DNA of 64,000 nucleotides, from contig OZ244653.1 in the NCBI GenBank assembly GCA_965218795.1, forward strand, positions 1,600,001 through 1,664,000, written 5' to 3'. Numbering within the stretch: the stretch's first letter is position 1; the number at the start of each line of letters is the position of its first letter. Position numbers and translations under genes: made by a program. This document shows positions 28,675 to 39,086 of the stretch, in pieces. The notes beneath the pieces were generated by a model. It was given only the letters and a program-made list of their open reading frames with translations. It did no database searches and was not told the DNA's origin. Source of the DNA: a bacterium. GTDB taxonomy: Bacteria; UBA8248; JACPRG01; G963555815.

Positions 28675-30404
28675 ACAAAGGCGCTGCCGGTCACGATCCG
28701 GCGACCCTGACGATCATCCAGCAAAGGCTGGACGGCATCACCTACGGGATGGGCGCGGTGATGACCCGGACCGCCCGAAGCGCTTTGGCGAGCCAGGCGC
28801 ACGATTTCTCCTGCTTCCTCACCGACGCTCAAGGACGCCTGCTCTCCCAGGCGGAAGGAATTCCCATCCACACCGGCGGCGGGGGCTTTGCCGTGCGGGC
28901 CCTCCTGGACTCCTTCGGGGAAGAGATCCGTCCCGGCGACATCTTCGTTTCCAACGACGTATACACGGCAGGGGGAAATCACCTGGCCGATTGGACGGTC
29001 TTTGCGCCGGTGTTCGCGGAGGGGGGGCTTGTGGCCTTCACCTGCAACCGCTGCCATCAGTTGGACATCGGCGGGGGGGCGGCGGGAGCGTACAACCCCG
29101 AGGCCCGGGAGATTTATCACGAGGGTCTCAGGATCCCCCCCCTGCGGCTGGAATCGGAGGGTGTCCCGCGAAAGGACCTCATGGACCTGTTGATGACCAA
29201 TTGCCGACGACCGGATATCCTGAACGGCGACGTGGGCGCGATGGTGGGGTCCGTCAAAATGGGCATCGCCTGGATGGAAGGGCTCATCGGGGAATACGGC
29301 TGGCCGACGCTCCACGCCTATTGCGACGCCTTGCTGGATTACGCCGAGCAGCGAATGCGTCAGGAGTTGTTGGAAATCCCCGACGGCGTCTATGAGGCGC
29401 GGGAGGTGATGGCGAACGACTGCTTTTCCGACCGGGAGGTCTTGATTCGCTTGCGCCTGACAATCCAGGGGAGCGCGTTGACTGCTGATTTCACAGGGAC
29501 GGACCCGCAGATCTCGGGTTACAAGAACAGCGCGTTGCCGAATACGTTTTCCGCCGTTTACGCCGCTCTTGCGACAGTCGTCGACCCGCAGATCCTTCAC
29601 AACGAGGGAATGTACCGGCCGGTCCGGGTCATTGCGCCCGAGGGGACCGTGGTGAACTGCACCGAGCCCGCCCCGGTCGGATTCGCGACGATTCACCCGG
29701 CTCATGAAGTCATGCATTGCTTCTGGAAGGCTATCGGTCAGGCGGACCCGGAGCGGGTATGCGGCGGGTGGGGAAAGATGTCGAATCCGGCCATCGCAGG
29801 GCTGGACGGGCAAGGCCGGGTATTCGTCCTCTACAACCTGGGGGGATTGGCCAGCGCCGGTGCGATGAAGGGACGGGACGGCATCGACCAGATCGGAACG
29901 CCCATCAACATGGGCGGCTTGGTCATCCCCAACCTGGAGCATCTGGAGCGAGCCTATCCGGTTCGGTTTGTCCGTCACGAGTTTCGCCGGGATTCGGCCG
30001 GCGCGGGCCAGTACCGCGGAGGGACCGGCGTCGATTACCAGGTAAGGCTCCTGAATCCCGCGACGATTTTTCTTCGGGGGGAAGGACAGGACAACGCCAG
30101 CGGATTTGGAATGGCCGGCGGGAAATCCGGCGCAGGAGCGAAGGTGACCTATTCACCGGACGGCGACCCGGAGCGGGAGCTTCCCGCGTACGGGATCATG
30201 GACATCCCGCCCGGAATCATACGCGTCCGGTCGGCGGGAAGCGGCGGGTGGGGCGACCCCTCGGCGCGCCAGAAGGATCAGGTTCTTCGGGACGTCCGGG
30301 AAGGGATTCTTTCGCCCGAGAAAGCCCGGGAGTATTATGGATTCGAATTGGATGAATCCGGGGATTCATCGGCCACGCTGAGAGGAGAAGACCATGCGAC
30401 CTGA
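28671..30404 (+). CDS. Hydantoinase B / 5-oxoprolinase subunit
   Basis: ATGA overlap with subunit A. HDFSC, NDVY..GGNHL.D, EIYHEGL.IPP, DSAGAG.YRGG, GGWGDP..R. Confidence 0.93.
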   Translation: MNKGAAGHDPATLTIIQQRLDGITYGMGAVMTRTARSALASQAHDFSCFLTDAQGRLLSQAEGIPIHTGGGGFAVRALLDSFGEEIRPGDIFVSNDVYTAGGNHLADWTVFAPVFAEGGLVAFTCNRCHQLDIGGGAAGAYNPEAREIYHEGLRIPPLRLESEGVPRKDLMDLLMTNCRRPDILNGDVGAMVGSVKMGIAWMEGLIGEYGWPTLHAYCDALLDYAEQRMRQELLEIPDGVYEAREVMANDCFSDREVLIRLRLTIQGSALTADFTGTDPQISGYKNSALPNTFSAVYAALATVVDPQILHNEGMYRPVRVIAPEGTVVNCTEPAPVGFATIHPAHEVMHCFWKAIGQADPERVCGGWGKMSNPAIAGLDGQGRVFVLYNLGGLASAGAMKGRDGIDQIGTPINMGGLVIPNLEHLERAYPVRFVRHEFRRDSAGAGQYRGGTGVDYQVRLLNPATIFLRGEGQDNASGFGMAGGKSGAGAKVTYSPDGDPERELPAYGIMDIPPGIIRVRSAGSGGWGDPSARQKDQVLRDVREGILSPEKAREYYGFELDESGDSSATLRGEDHAT

Positions 30405-31281
30405 TTTGGAGATCCTTCAGGGGGCGTGTGACATTCACGTCCATACCAACCCTGACGTTTTCAAGCGAATGGTGGACGACGTGGAGGCGGCCCGCGGCGC
30501 CAGGGAATACGGCTTTCGGGCCATCATCACCAAATCCCACCAGCTCGAGACGGCATCGCGGGCGCACTTCGCCCGGCGGCTGGTCCAGGGTATCGATATT
30601 TTCGGGAGCACCACGCTGGACTATGTACACGGGGGGCTGAACCCCTTCTGCGTGGACGCCGTCATCAAGGTGGGCGGGAAAAAAGTCTACATGCCGACCA
30701 CCGACGCCGCCTTCCACAAGGAGCTGTTCGGCTCCATCGGGGGCATCGGCGGGATCTACGACACCCAGGGGCACGTCACGGACCTGTACGCCGAGCAGCC
30801 GGCATTGAAAATCGTCGACGATGCGGGAAACATCCTGCCCGCGGTCCGGGATATCCTCAAGCTCATCGCCGAGGCCAACATCATCGTCAGCGCCGGTCAC
30901 GCCTCCTTGGAAGAGATGCGGGTCTTCCTGCGCGAAACCAAAGACATGGGCATCCGTAAGGTCGTCGTGGACCACCCCTTCACGATGAAGATTTCCGTGG
31001 CGGAGCAGGAGGAACTCGCCGATGCGGGCGCCTACATCAACTATGCGTATTGGGACATCTGCCCGAAATACTTCTGCGTGTCCTTGCCCGAAATGGCGGC
31101 CGCCATGCGCCGGGTGGGACCGGAGCGCTCCATCCTGAGCAGCGACGCGGGCCAGCTGTTCAACGCCCCGCCCGCCGAATGCCTGAGGACCTACGTGCAA
31201 ATGCTGCTGGAGGAGGGCCTGTCCACGGAGGATATCCGGCGGATGGTATGCGACAACCCCGCCTCGCTCATCTATGAGTGA
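30394..31281 (+). CDS. DUF6282 amidohydrolase-like TIM-barrel metalloprotein
   Basis: DIHVHTNPD, TKSH, GGLNP, GHAS..E, VDHP, LSSDAGQ, NPASLI. Confidence 0.8.
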   Translation: MRPDLEILQGACDIHVHTNPDVFKRMVDDVEAARGAREYGFRAIITKSHQLETASRAHFARRLVQGIDIFGSTTLDYVHGGLNPFCVDAVIKVGGKKVYMPTTDAAFHKELFGSIGGIGGIYDTQGHVTDLYAEQPALKIVDDAGNILPAVRDILKLIAEANIIVSAGHASLEEMRVFLRETKDMGIRKVVVDHPFTMKISVAEQEELADAGAYINYAYWDICPKYFCVSLPEMAAAMRRVGPERSILSSDAGQLFNAPPAECLRTYVQMLLEEGLSTEDIRRMVCDNPASLIYE

Positions 31282-31372
31282 CGGATTGCGCGCCGCGCCG
31301 TTCAGTCCTCCACCGGTTGAAGCAGCGCCTTGACCTCCGTGATGGATGCCTGACGGGAGACGATGGCGGAGG

Positions 31373-31993
31373 TCAGCTTGAATCCTCTACTTCGATGATC
31401 GTACGAAGATCCGCAATATGCGTCGTCGTGAAGTAAATGGTCTTGTTCTTACGGGCGAGAACTATTTTCAACTCGTTCCCCTTCAAGTCGAGAAACAGAT
31501 CCTTCATCGTCTCCTTGGAGCCATTCGCGTACTGGTACATGGCGGCATGATTCGGGCAGAGTGCGAGATAGTTTTGATAGTGGTGTTTCTCTAGCTCCGG
31601 CTCCGGCAGGAACTCCACGGCTTCAAAATAATAGCTTCCGTCAGCGAGCTTGAAGGGAAGAGCGTTCTTGCACACTTGGCAGATCATTACGCCATCGCTA
31701 TTGGTATATTGCTCGCGTAGGTAAGGATCGGTCTCCTTCTTGACCGCTTCGCGGTTGACGGATACCGTGCGAGTGTGATCCTCGGTGGTTCGTTCCGGCG
31801 CATCTTTGGCCCCCTTGCGGACCCTCTCGGCGCGTCGTCCCGGATCGCTTGGCTCGCGGTCGGGCAGGTTGATGCTGTGCTGACTTTCATATTCCGAACG
31901 GTACTTCTTACGTTCGTCCGCATTCAATCCGCCAAACCATTTGACGTCATCTAATGCTTCAGCATCGTCAAAGCCAAGCTTTGCCGTTATTGT
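31373..31993 (-). pseudogene. C-terminal HNH-like (CxxC..CPNH) nuclease fragment of a larger protein
   Basis: YLREQYTN.DG.MICQVC...YYFEAVE...NYLALCPNHAAMY. The frame stays open upstream to about 31993 (AKLGFDDAEAL..) without a good start or RBS. Confidence 0.65.
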
Positions 31994-32021
31994 TCACAAT
32001 CTCGAATAGCCGAATCAGTAT

Positions 32022-35000
32022 TTATGTGGATATATGAATCCAGCCACGATCAAAGGTAAACGTGCGCGCTTTGCCGGCCGGATCTTGAATCCGAACGATA
32101 CGAGCTTCCTGCTCATCGCCCGCGTGCTCGACCACATAAAGCCAATACGATTCGCCGCGCTCCCTGGCAAAGTTGAACTGGGTGCGCGAAAGCCCGACCG
32201 GGCGATCTTGAAGGCTGCCTTTCATCGCCTTGACTTCGCACCAGCGTATCGGTTGGTCATCCTCGTCAACTTCATACAAATCGTAACCGGGATTATTGGG
32301 AGGCGTCTGTTGCCAATCGGGTTCACGCGCCAGGATGAGCTCAATCGCTTTGGCCTCAAGTTTCATCCGACTCCCCTGGTCGAGACCGTCGGGATCTGGC
32401 TCGGCCTCGCCGGGGCTTGCCGCCACGTACGAAACGAACGACCAAGCTTCGGCACCTTCAGGACGCCGCTTTCCTTCTTTGACTTCCGGCTTTTTGGCCC
32501 CTCCCTCGCCATGATCTTGTTCGCCGGCAGTGCCCTGATGACTCTCACCTTCTCCCAAGCCTGATACTGCACTGTCATCGGTCCTGCGGTCATGGTCCGT
32601 TGATTCCCCAGTTCTTTCACCATCACTTGATTTCGATTCTGTTGAATCGTCCTCCGAGCCGAGGAGATCCAGAAGATCGGACATATTCGTCAAGCCGCGC
32701 TTCTTGAGCAGTTCAAGCACCCCAAGATCGATACCGGCTGCCTCGGCAAGCATTTTGATGTTCGGTGGCTTGAAATGAATCTTCGATTGCAGAAACGGAC
32801 GTTCTTTCCAGCCGAGAGAGTCGAATAGAACAAGTTCGGGGTGCTGCAATTCCCCGTCAGCATCCGGCACCCAGGCTGTTTCAGTCAGCTTCTTCACAAA
32901 TGCAACATCAAACTCAGTGTTGCGGTAGTAATAGTAGTGCCACGTATATTTGCCTAAAAAGACACCGGAGCCTGATCGGCTTTCCAAGTCAATGAGTGCC
33001 TCCCAAAGTAGCCTTGCCTTCGCTTTGCGAGTTTCTGGAGCAAGATCGGGAAGTTGCGCCAACAGTTCGTCAAGCCCTCGCAGTGTTTGGTCATCGATCG
33101 GCTCGTCCCACGACGAGTCCTCACACCCCGCTTCCTGTCGCATCTTCCGTCGCTCTTCCGAGGAAAACGTAGCCTCCACCTTAACAGTCTGTAAGTTGCG
33201 GGCTGTTCCGGACGCCTCTAGCAATCTACGTATGCCATCAACCCGCAGGCATGGGTAGGAATCATCGACGAAAAGGACACCCTTTACTCCTTCAAATAAA
33301 TCTTTCAGCTTCTCCGTGGCCAAGTACACTTCTCCCGGTTCCACGTAACATTTTGAACCATCTCCAGCATCAACCGCTCTGACGAACCTGGTTTTCTTAA
33401 GAGCGTCGATAAGTGTTTCGCGTTGTGTCTTAGAGTCCGTGTCAAACGCACTCAGCATTCGCCCGACATCGGCTTCGTAACGCTCATCGTCGATGCTGAT
33501 CTCATTCTCCCGATACGTCGGGAGAACATTCTCGATTACATCGTCCACCGGATCCGGTTTCTTCAATCCCAACGATTGGAGGAACGCACGTGCGGGCTCG
33601 GTTGCGCAGACCGAGCCGCGCACCGTGGGGAAGCCCGTTGTGGCTTCGGTTGGCAAGAACGCTAAGAGTTTGTCATCGGTCTTGGCGGGAACATGTTTTC
33701 CATCCTGCAACCTGACCAGGGAGAGAGTAGCAAACCACTGGTTCCGACGTAGTGCTTGTTGTCCGTTGAGGAACTCGTAGAGCTTCAGTATCCAACCGTC
33801 CGGTTGCGCCTCAAGGAACGCTTGAGCCAGCCGCTGAATGATGTCGTCGGGAGCAATCTCCGCGACGTTCAACTCCTGCCTCAAGTAAGCGTGAAGATCG
33901 TGTGCACGGTCCTGGGTGATGTCGCCGCTCAGCCAAGTCAGCCCGTGCTCTTCCCCGTAGAGCGTTGTGAGTTGGGTGGGATTAAAGAGATCGCGTAATT
34001 CCCGTGTGCGTCCAAGTCGCGCGCGCGTGGCCTCCACATAACCGCCATCAGAACGCGGGAGAAGGGGTTCGGATGACAGGGCATACTTTACGCCCTCAAA
34101 GAGCGGCGCGAACATGCTGGTATCGCCGAACTTTGATGAATCGAGCGGCAGGCATCGCAACGCCTCCATGTCGAGCAAACTCTGATCCCGAAGCCAGCAA
34201 AGGGAATCTCTTAGCAGGGATGCGGTCTGAACCACGAGGTTCCTGTTCCAGTCATCGTCTCTGGCGATGTTGTCCCGGCTTGGCGTTGTGATATACGGAC
34301 CCTGAACGAGAAAGCCGAGATGGGTCTCAACGTCGGTGGGGAAGAAGACGACAAGCGGTGACTGCTCGACGCGACGAACTCGTTGGGAACTGGATTCTTC
34401 GTCTTGGGCGCAGGAAAACGCGATTTCAACGGGCTTGGCCTCGTCTCCGTCATCGGTGGTGACGGGACGCGAAAACACCAGCCACTCCTCATCGACTTCG
34501 CTTTTACCATCTTGCTGACCGATGATCGTCACTCGCCGGACGTTGGAATCAATGTCCTTCTCTTCTCGTAGATATCGCCCCGACGCACCATCTTTGACGT
34601 TCCAGGCAATCTCATTGATCTGGCGTAGGAAAAGGAGTTCGGAGACGCCGAGCCGTCCAAACCCGGCAGCGATTTCATCATGTGCTGAATTGTCGGTAGG
34701 TTTGAAAGGAATCTGGATGACGGTTTCATCTGCACGCCGATCGATTGCGCGAACTGCCACCGGTAGAACAAATTCCTCGATAGCGAAGGCCTCCGAACCG
34801 GAATGAATCTCCGGTCGCTCCGTGAATGCGTATACCGATTTGAATCCGATTCCGAAGCGCCCAATCTCGTTGAATTTCTTGGTGCTTTCGTCGATGCCAC
34901 AAATTCCTCGAACATTTTGTTCATTGAAGGGGGCTCCGTAGTGGCTTACGCGAAGCGAAGTATCTTTCAGAGCAAACGATACTGCCCGCGATGGCGGCTT

Positions 35001-35162
35001 TGGCAGGCGATCGAGGGCGTCTTCGGCGTTTTGCAGTAACTCGAAAATGAAATGCGTCCGCTCCGCATAGCGGTTTGCGAGCAGCATCGGACCGAACCGG
35101 CCGATGTCCGTGCCATATTTCTTGATGTTCTCACGCCGAATTGCTTCGTAGTCGCAGGGCAT
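32022..35162 (-). CDS. Sacsin/NO VEIN-like GHKL ATPase with C-terminal DUF3883 (PD-(D/E)XK) nuclease domain
   Basis: HFIFELLQNAEDA, IGRFGIGFKSVY (GHKL boxes). C-terminal NNPGYDL..IRWCEVKA..LSRTQF..YWLYVV (DUF3883). Confidence 0.85.
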   Translation of the reverse strand: MPCDYEAIRRENIKKYGTDIGRFGPMLLANRYAERTHFIFELLQNAEDALDRLPKPPSRAVSFALKDTSLRVSHYGAPFNEQNVRGICGIDESTKKFNEIGRFGIGFKSVYAFTERPEIHSGSEAFAIEEFVLPVAVRAIDRRADETVIQIPFKPTDNSAHDEIAAGFGRLGVSELLFLRQINEIAWNVKDGASGRYLREEKDIDSNVRRVTIIGQQDGKSEVDEEWLVFSRPVTTDDGDEAKPVEIAFSCAQDEESSSQRVRRVEQSPLVVFFPTDVETHLGFLVQGPYITTPSRDNIARDDDWNRNLVVQTASLLRDSLCWLRDQSLLDMEALRCLPLDSSKFGDTSMFAPLFEGVKYALSSEPLLPRSDGGYVEATRARLGRTRELRDLFNPTQLTTLYGEEHGLTWLSGDITQDRAHDLHAYLRQELNVAEIAPDDIIQRLAQAFLEAQPDGWILKLYEFLNGQQALRRNQWFATLSLVRLQDGKHVPAKTDDKLLAFLPTEATTGFPTVRGSVCATEPARAFLQSLGLKKPDPVDDVIENVLPTYRENEISIDDERYEADVGRMLSAFDTDSKTQRETLIDALKKTRFVRAVDAGDGSKCYVEPGEVYLATEKLKDLFEGVKGVLFVDDSYPCLRVDGIRRLLEASGTARNLQTVKVEATFSSEERRKMRQEAGCEDSSWDEPIDDQTLRGLDELLAQLPDLAPETRKAKARLLWEALIDLESRSGSGVFLGKYTWHYYYYRNTEFDVAFVKKLTETAWVPDADGELQHPELVLFDSLGWKERPFLQSKIHFKPPNIKMLAEAAGIDLGVLELLKKRGLTNMSDLLDLLGSEDDSTESKSSDGERTGESTDHDRRTDDSAVSGLGEGESHQGTAGEQDHGEGGAKKPEVKEGKRRPEGAEAWSFVSYVAASPGEAEPDPDGLDQGSRMKLEAKAIELILAREPDWQQTPPNNPGYDLYEVDEDDQPIRWCEVKAMKGSLQDRPVGLSRTQFNFARERGESYWLYVVEHAGDEQEARIVRIQDPAGKARTFTFDRGWIHIST

Positions 35163-35165
35163 TGA

Positions 35166-37407
35166 TCATGTGTCTCCTTCATGCCTGCGGAGTTCAGCCC
35201 CGGCTACCTTGAGCATCCCAAACACAACCTGTGTAGCGTGAATGTCTGCGCTGTTCGCCGCTTCCTCCAATTCCGCAACCCTCCGCTCGCAGTCATATCC
35301 GGCTCTCGCCAGCTCGGACTCCTTCATGCGGCGAATCCTGTCATCGGTCGCTCGTTGAACCTGGTCCTCAAGCAGCCTGCATCGGGCCTGATGGCTGACC
35401 TTCAGGCTTTGGAGGCGATGCTGGACCAACTCCCGGTTCTCCGCCACGTGGTTCGCTCGCGCGACGCTCCATTCGTCATGGTGCCGATGATCGAGCGCAT
35501 CCAGGGCTTCATCGGCATCCCGTATTTCAGCGCGCGCGTCGCCGGCCTCCTCCAGCAATGACATGATGGCGTCGTCCATTGCCGGCTCGGTACTGATCGC
35601 GAGCAGCGCTTCGTCGGTTCGCACCCCGACCTTGCGCCAGCGGTAAAGCGCGAACGGGTACTCGCCTGCCGGCAGACTCTCGCTCGATGCGGTCAGGCTG
35701 ACGCGGGCAACCTCGGAACGTTCCTGGAACCGGGCCGCTTGGCGCACCAGAGGGTGAAGGCCGTTCAGGTGAACGGCGTCGGGGACGGCCGCGGTGGTTT
35801 CCTGATCGAACGTGACCGACAGCATCGGACCGGTGCCCTTGAGCCACTTTTCCCATTGCCGGGCCACCGGGTCGGTCGAACGGGGCTGACGCTTGAAGTC
35901 CTCAAGCAGCTTGGCCCGGGCCCCCTGATTCAACCTCAGTGTCTTGAGCGGCTTCTCGCCGAGAAAAAACTCCCCCCCGGTTTCCATCAGCCCGGAGAGA
36001 TAGGTCGAGACGCAGCGCTGCAAGGCGCTTGGCGACAGCCAGAAACTCTCGGCGGCCTCGATCTCCTGACGCCAGGATTGTTTCGGAACCGTCAACCCGA
36101 ATAGCTCGGCCTGTTTTTCCTCAAGCGCCTGCTCTTCCTGAATTTGCCGAATCCCGTTGTCGCCGAGCTGCTGTAAGCGCTGCGCGCGTTCCTCGGCCGT
36201 AAGCGTGAAGCTCTCCGCGACATCATGGATTTCACGGGTTATCTCGCCAAGAATCTCCTCGCTGCCGCCGACCGCGTGCTGGAACACGCCGATGCGCAAC
36301 AGGCAGCGTTCGTAGATATCGGCATCCACCGTGCCAGGCGTAACCAGATTGACGACGGCAACGGCCTCGCTCTGTTGACCGTAGCGGTCGATGCGCCCGA
36401 TGCGCTGCTCGACGCGCATCGGGTTCCAGGGCAGATCGTAGTTGATCAACAGGTCGCAGAACTGAAAATCGAGCCCTTCGCCGCCGACCTCCGAGGAGAG
36501 CAATACATCCAGCGCGTCCGGGTCTTCCTTCGGCAGCGCGAACCGGCGGCGCAAGTCCGCCCGCTCCTCGTCCGCCACGTCACCATGCACAAGCCCGTAG
36601 CGCAATCCCGCGTCTTCCGTGTGCCTTGCGATATACGCAAGCGTGTGCCGGAAGGTGCTGAACACCAGGGCCTTGTTGTTGGCCATTCGGCTCTTGTCGC
36701 GCAGAACCTGGACAAAAGCATCAACCTTCGGGTCCCGCGGATCGAGGCTGTCGGCTCTCTCCAGAAGCGCCTCGATATCGCTCCGCGCCTCGGCGAGGAA
36801 GCCGAGATCGGCTTCGCCCTCGACATCGCCCGCTTCCATCGTCTCAAGGCCATCCAGCTTGCCGGCGAGGATGCTGCGCAGCAGGGGCGCCAGTCCATAC
36901 AGACAGCTCGCCGCCTGGCGGCGAATCGTGGTCATCATGAACTTGACGTTCTGCTGTCCGTGCGCAAACGCCAGGATACGGGCCACGACATCGATCAGAT
37001 CGTCGTGCAGGCGCTGCTGCTCGGGCGTGAACTCGGTCGTCAGCGTCTCCGGCCTTCGAGTCGTGAACTCGCCGATATCCCTGCGGCGCGTCCGGTTGAT
37101 CATCGGGCTGAAGGTATAGAGCTCCTCCAGAGACCGGACGATGCCGATGCGATCCGCGTCATCGACCTGCTCTCCTCCCAGCCGGTCGTAGATGTTCTGA
37201 AAAGCCGGTGACTCCCGCACAAACAGGCTGCCCCATTGCGTTTGCGCGGCCTCATCCAGGCACGCCCGCGCTTGCCCTTGCCAGTCCTCCTTGGCGGAAC
37301 GGCAATGCTGCACGGCCATGTTGATGGACCGATTGGGCGCGGCCATCTGTTCGAAGCTCGGACGGTCGATCACCAGGTCCGGCCGGAGTGCGTTGAGCAG
37401 CGTAAAG
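35166..37407 (-). pseudogene. SNF2-family helicase, N-terminal ATPase lobe removed at the IS3 end
   Basis: Retains motifs IV-VI (LVFSTFRHTL, LLSSEVGGEGLDFQ, NYDLPWNP.RVEQRIGRIDRYGQ). It begins at FTLLNALRPD just after motif III; the apparent start MSTETGQLH lies inside the IS inverted repeat. Confidence 0.85.
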
Positions 37408-37461
37408 TGGAGTTGACCTGTTTCAGTGGACACCTTCAGACTGTGCGGAGGAGGTGTTCCG

Positions 37462-37776
37462 ATGGCGAAAACTCATTCACCCTACGCGCCGGAGTACCGG
37501 CGCCAGATGGTCGAGCTGGTTCGCTCGGGCCGTACGCCCGGGGAGCTGGCCCGGGAGTTCGAGTGTTCCGCTTCGGCGATTCGCAACTGGGTGCGTCAGG
37601 CCGACCGGGACGAAGGCCGTCGTGAGGATGGTCTGACAAGCGCCGAGCTTGAGGAGCTGCGACGGCTTCGTCGAGAGGTTCGTCAGCTTCGCGAAGAACG
37701 CGAGATACTGGCAAAAGCTACGGCTTGGTTCGCTCGGGAGACCGGCTCGGTCCGGGCGAAGTCCTCGAGCTCGTGA
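37462..37776 (+). CDS. IS3 transposase OrfA (HTH)
   Basis: YAPEYRRQMVELVRSG..LAREF..IRNWV..ELRRLRRE..EREILAKA. Confidence 0.9.
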   Translation: MAKTHSPYAPEYRRQMVELVRSGRTPGELAREFECSASAIRNWVRQADRDEGRREDGLTSAELEELRRLRREVRQLREEREILAKATAWFARETGSVRAKSSSS

Positions 37777-38813
37777 AGGCGAATCAGGCCCATCATCGGG
37801 TGGCCACGATGTGCCGGGTGCTGGGCGTCTCCCCCAGCGGGTACTACGCGTGGCGAGGCCGTGGGCGTTCTCCTCGTGCGAAGCGCGACGAGGTGTTGGG
37901 GGGCACGATACGGGCCATCCACGAGGCATCTGGTGGCACCTACGGGGCGCCTCGGGTCCATGCCGAGCTGATGGCCGGCGGCTGCCGGGTGAGCCGCAAA
38001 CGGGTGGCTCGTCTGATGCGCGAGGCAGGGTTGGCCGGGGTGAGCCGACGCCGAGGTATGCGCACTACGCGCGTGGACCAGAGCCATTGTGTGGTCCCGG
38101 ACCGGGTCGAACGCCAGTTCCAGGCCGATGGGCCGGATCGGCTTTGGGTGGCCGACGTGACCTACGTGCCGACCTGGACGGGGTTCGTGTACCTGGCCAT
38201 CGTGCTCGACGTGTTCAGCCGCCGGGCGGTGGGCTGGTCCATGACCCACCATCTTCGCACCGAACTGGTGCTCGGGGCGCTGAACATGGCGTTGGGACAG
38301 CGCCGCCCCGACGGGGTCGTGCATCACTCCGACAGGGGATCGCAGTACACTTCGCTCGCCTTCGGCAAGCGGTGCCGCCAGATGGGGGTGGTTCCCTCGA
38401 CCGGGTCGGCCGGGGATTGCTTCGACAACGCCATGGCCGAGAGCTTCTTTGCCACGCTGGAGTGCGAGCTCATCGACCGGCGCTCGTTCCGTACCCAGGC
38501 CGAAGCGCGCATGGCGATCTTCCAATTCATCGAAGGCTGGTACAACCCACGCCGTCGTCATTCGGCCCTGGGTTACCTCAGCCCCAACGACTTCGAACGC
38601 GCCGCGGCGAAGGAAACGCCACGTGCAGTGCGCAACGCTCATCGTCCGGCTCGAGCCGTCCCCGGCGCTTCCCAGAGCGGCGAGCCAAAGGTCAAGACAT
38701 ACCCCCCGGGGGCACCCTATCTATCGGATAGGGAGAAGACTTTACGTCCACCGGCTGTCGCCCACCTCAGGGCTGGGGACGACAGCCATAAACTGTCCAC
38801 TGAAACGGGGTAA
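37773..38813 (+). CDS. IS3 transposase OrfB (DDE/rve)
   Basis: WVADVTY, HHSDRGSQY, DNAMAESFFATLE, YN..RRHSALGY.SP. Overlaps OrfA in the -1 frame. Confidence 0.92.
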   Translation: MKANQAHHRVATMCRVLGVSPSGYYAWRGRGRSPRAKRDEVLGGTIRAIHEASGGTYGAPRVHAELMAGGCRVSRKRVARLMREAGLAGVSRRRGMRTTRVDQSHCVVPDRVERQFQADGPDRLWVADVTYVPTWTGFVYLAIVLDVFSRRAVGWSMTHHLRTELVLGALNMALGQRRPDGVVHHSDRGSQYTSLAFGKRCRQMGVVPSTGSAGDCFDNAMAESFFATLECELIDRRSFRTQAEARMAIFQFIEGWYNPRRRHSALGYLSPNDFERAAAKETPRAVRNAHRPARAVPGASQSGEPKVKTYPPGAPYLSDREKTLRPPAVAHLRAGDDSHKLSTETG

Positions 38814-39086
38814 ATCCACGCGGCCGAGATCGTCGATGTGATCCGCAATCCGCCCGAAGGTTAGAAGGCGAAGCGGCCCGGTTGGAGGGCTGGTGCGGGG
38901 CCGAGTGCGGAAAGCGGTCTCCGGGGCATGCCGGGTTGCGGGATGGACGGAAGTCTCACTGTCGAGTGGTAGGAGATACAGAAAGCCCGGCATTGCCCCG
39001 GGAGCGCTCATCGGCGCGGCCGGCCGGACGCAAGCGAACCGGTGTGCGCGCCGGCCGGAGCTGTCCTGGACCGAGAGGAATTCTTC

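Larger units (their letters stand above)
37408..38818 (+). mobile_element. IS3-family insertion sequence (1411 bp)
   Basis: IRL TGGAGTTGACCTGTTTCAGTGGACAC and IRR (reverse complement) TGGATTTACCCCGTTTCAGTGGACAG; TG..CA ends; no target duplication. Confidence 0.92.

Noticed and set aside
35166-37433. Intact 755-aa helicase as given by the ORF track
   Set aside because: The start lies in the IS inverted repeat, and Walker A and DExH are absent.
38819-38864. TIR-domain C-terminal remnant (AAEIVDVIRNP)
   Set aside because: Fourteen residues is too short to assign a family.
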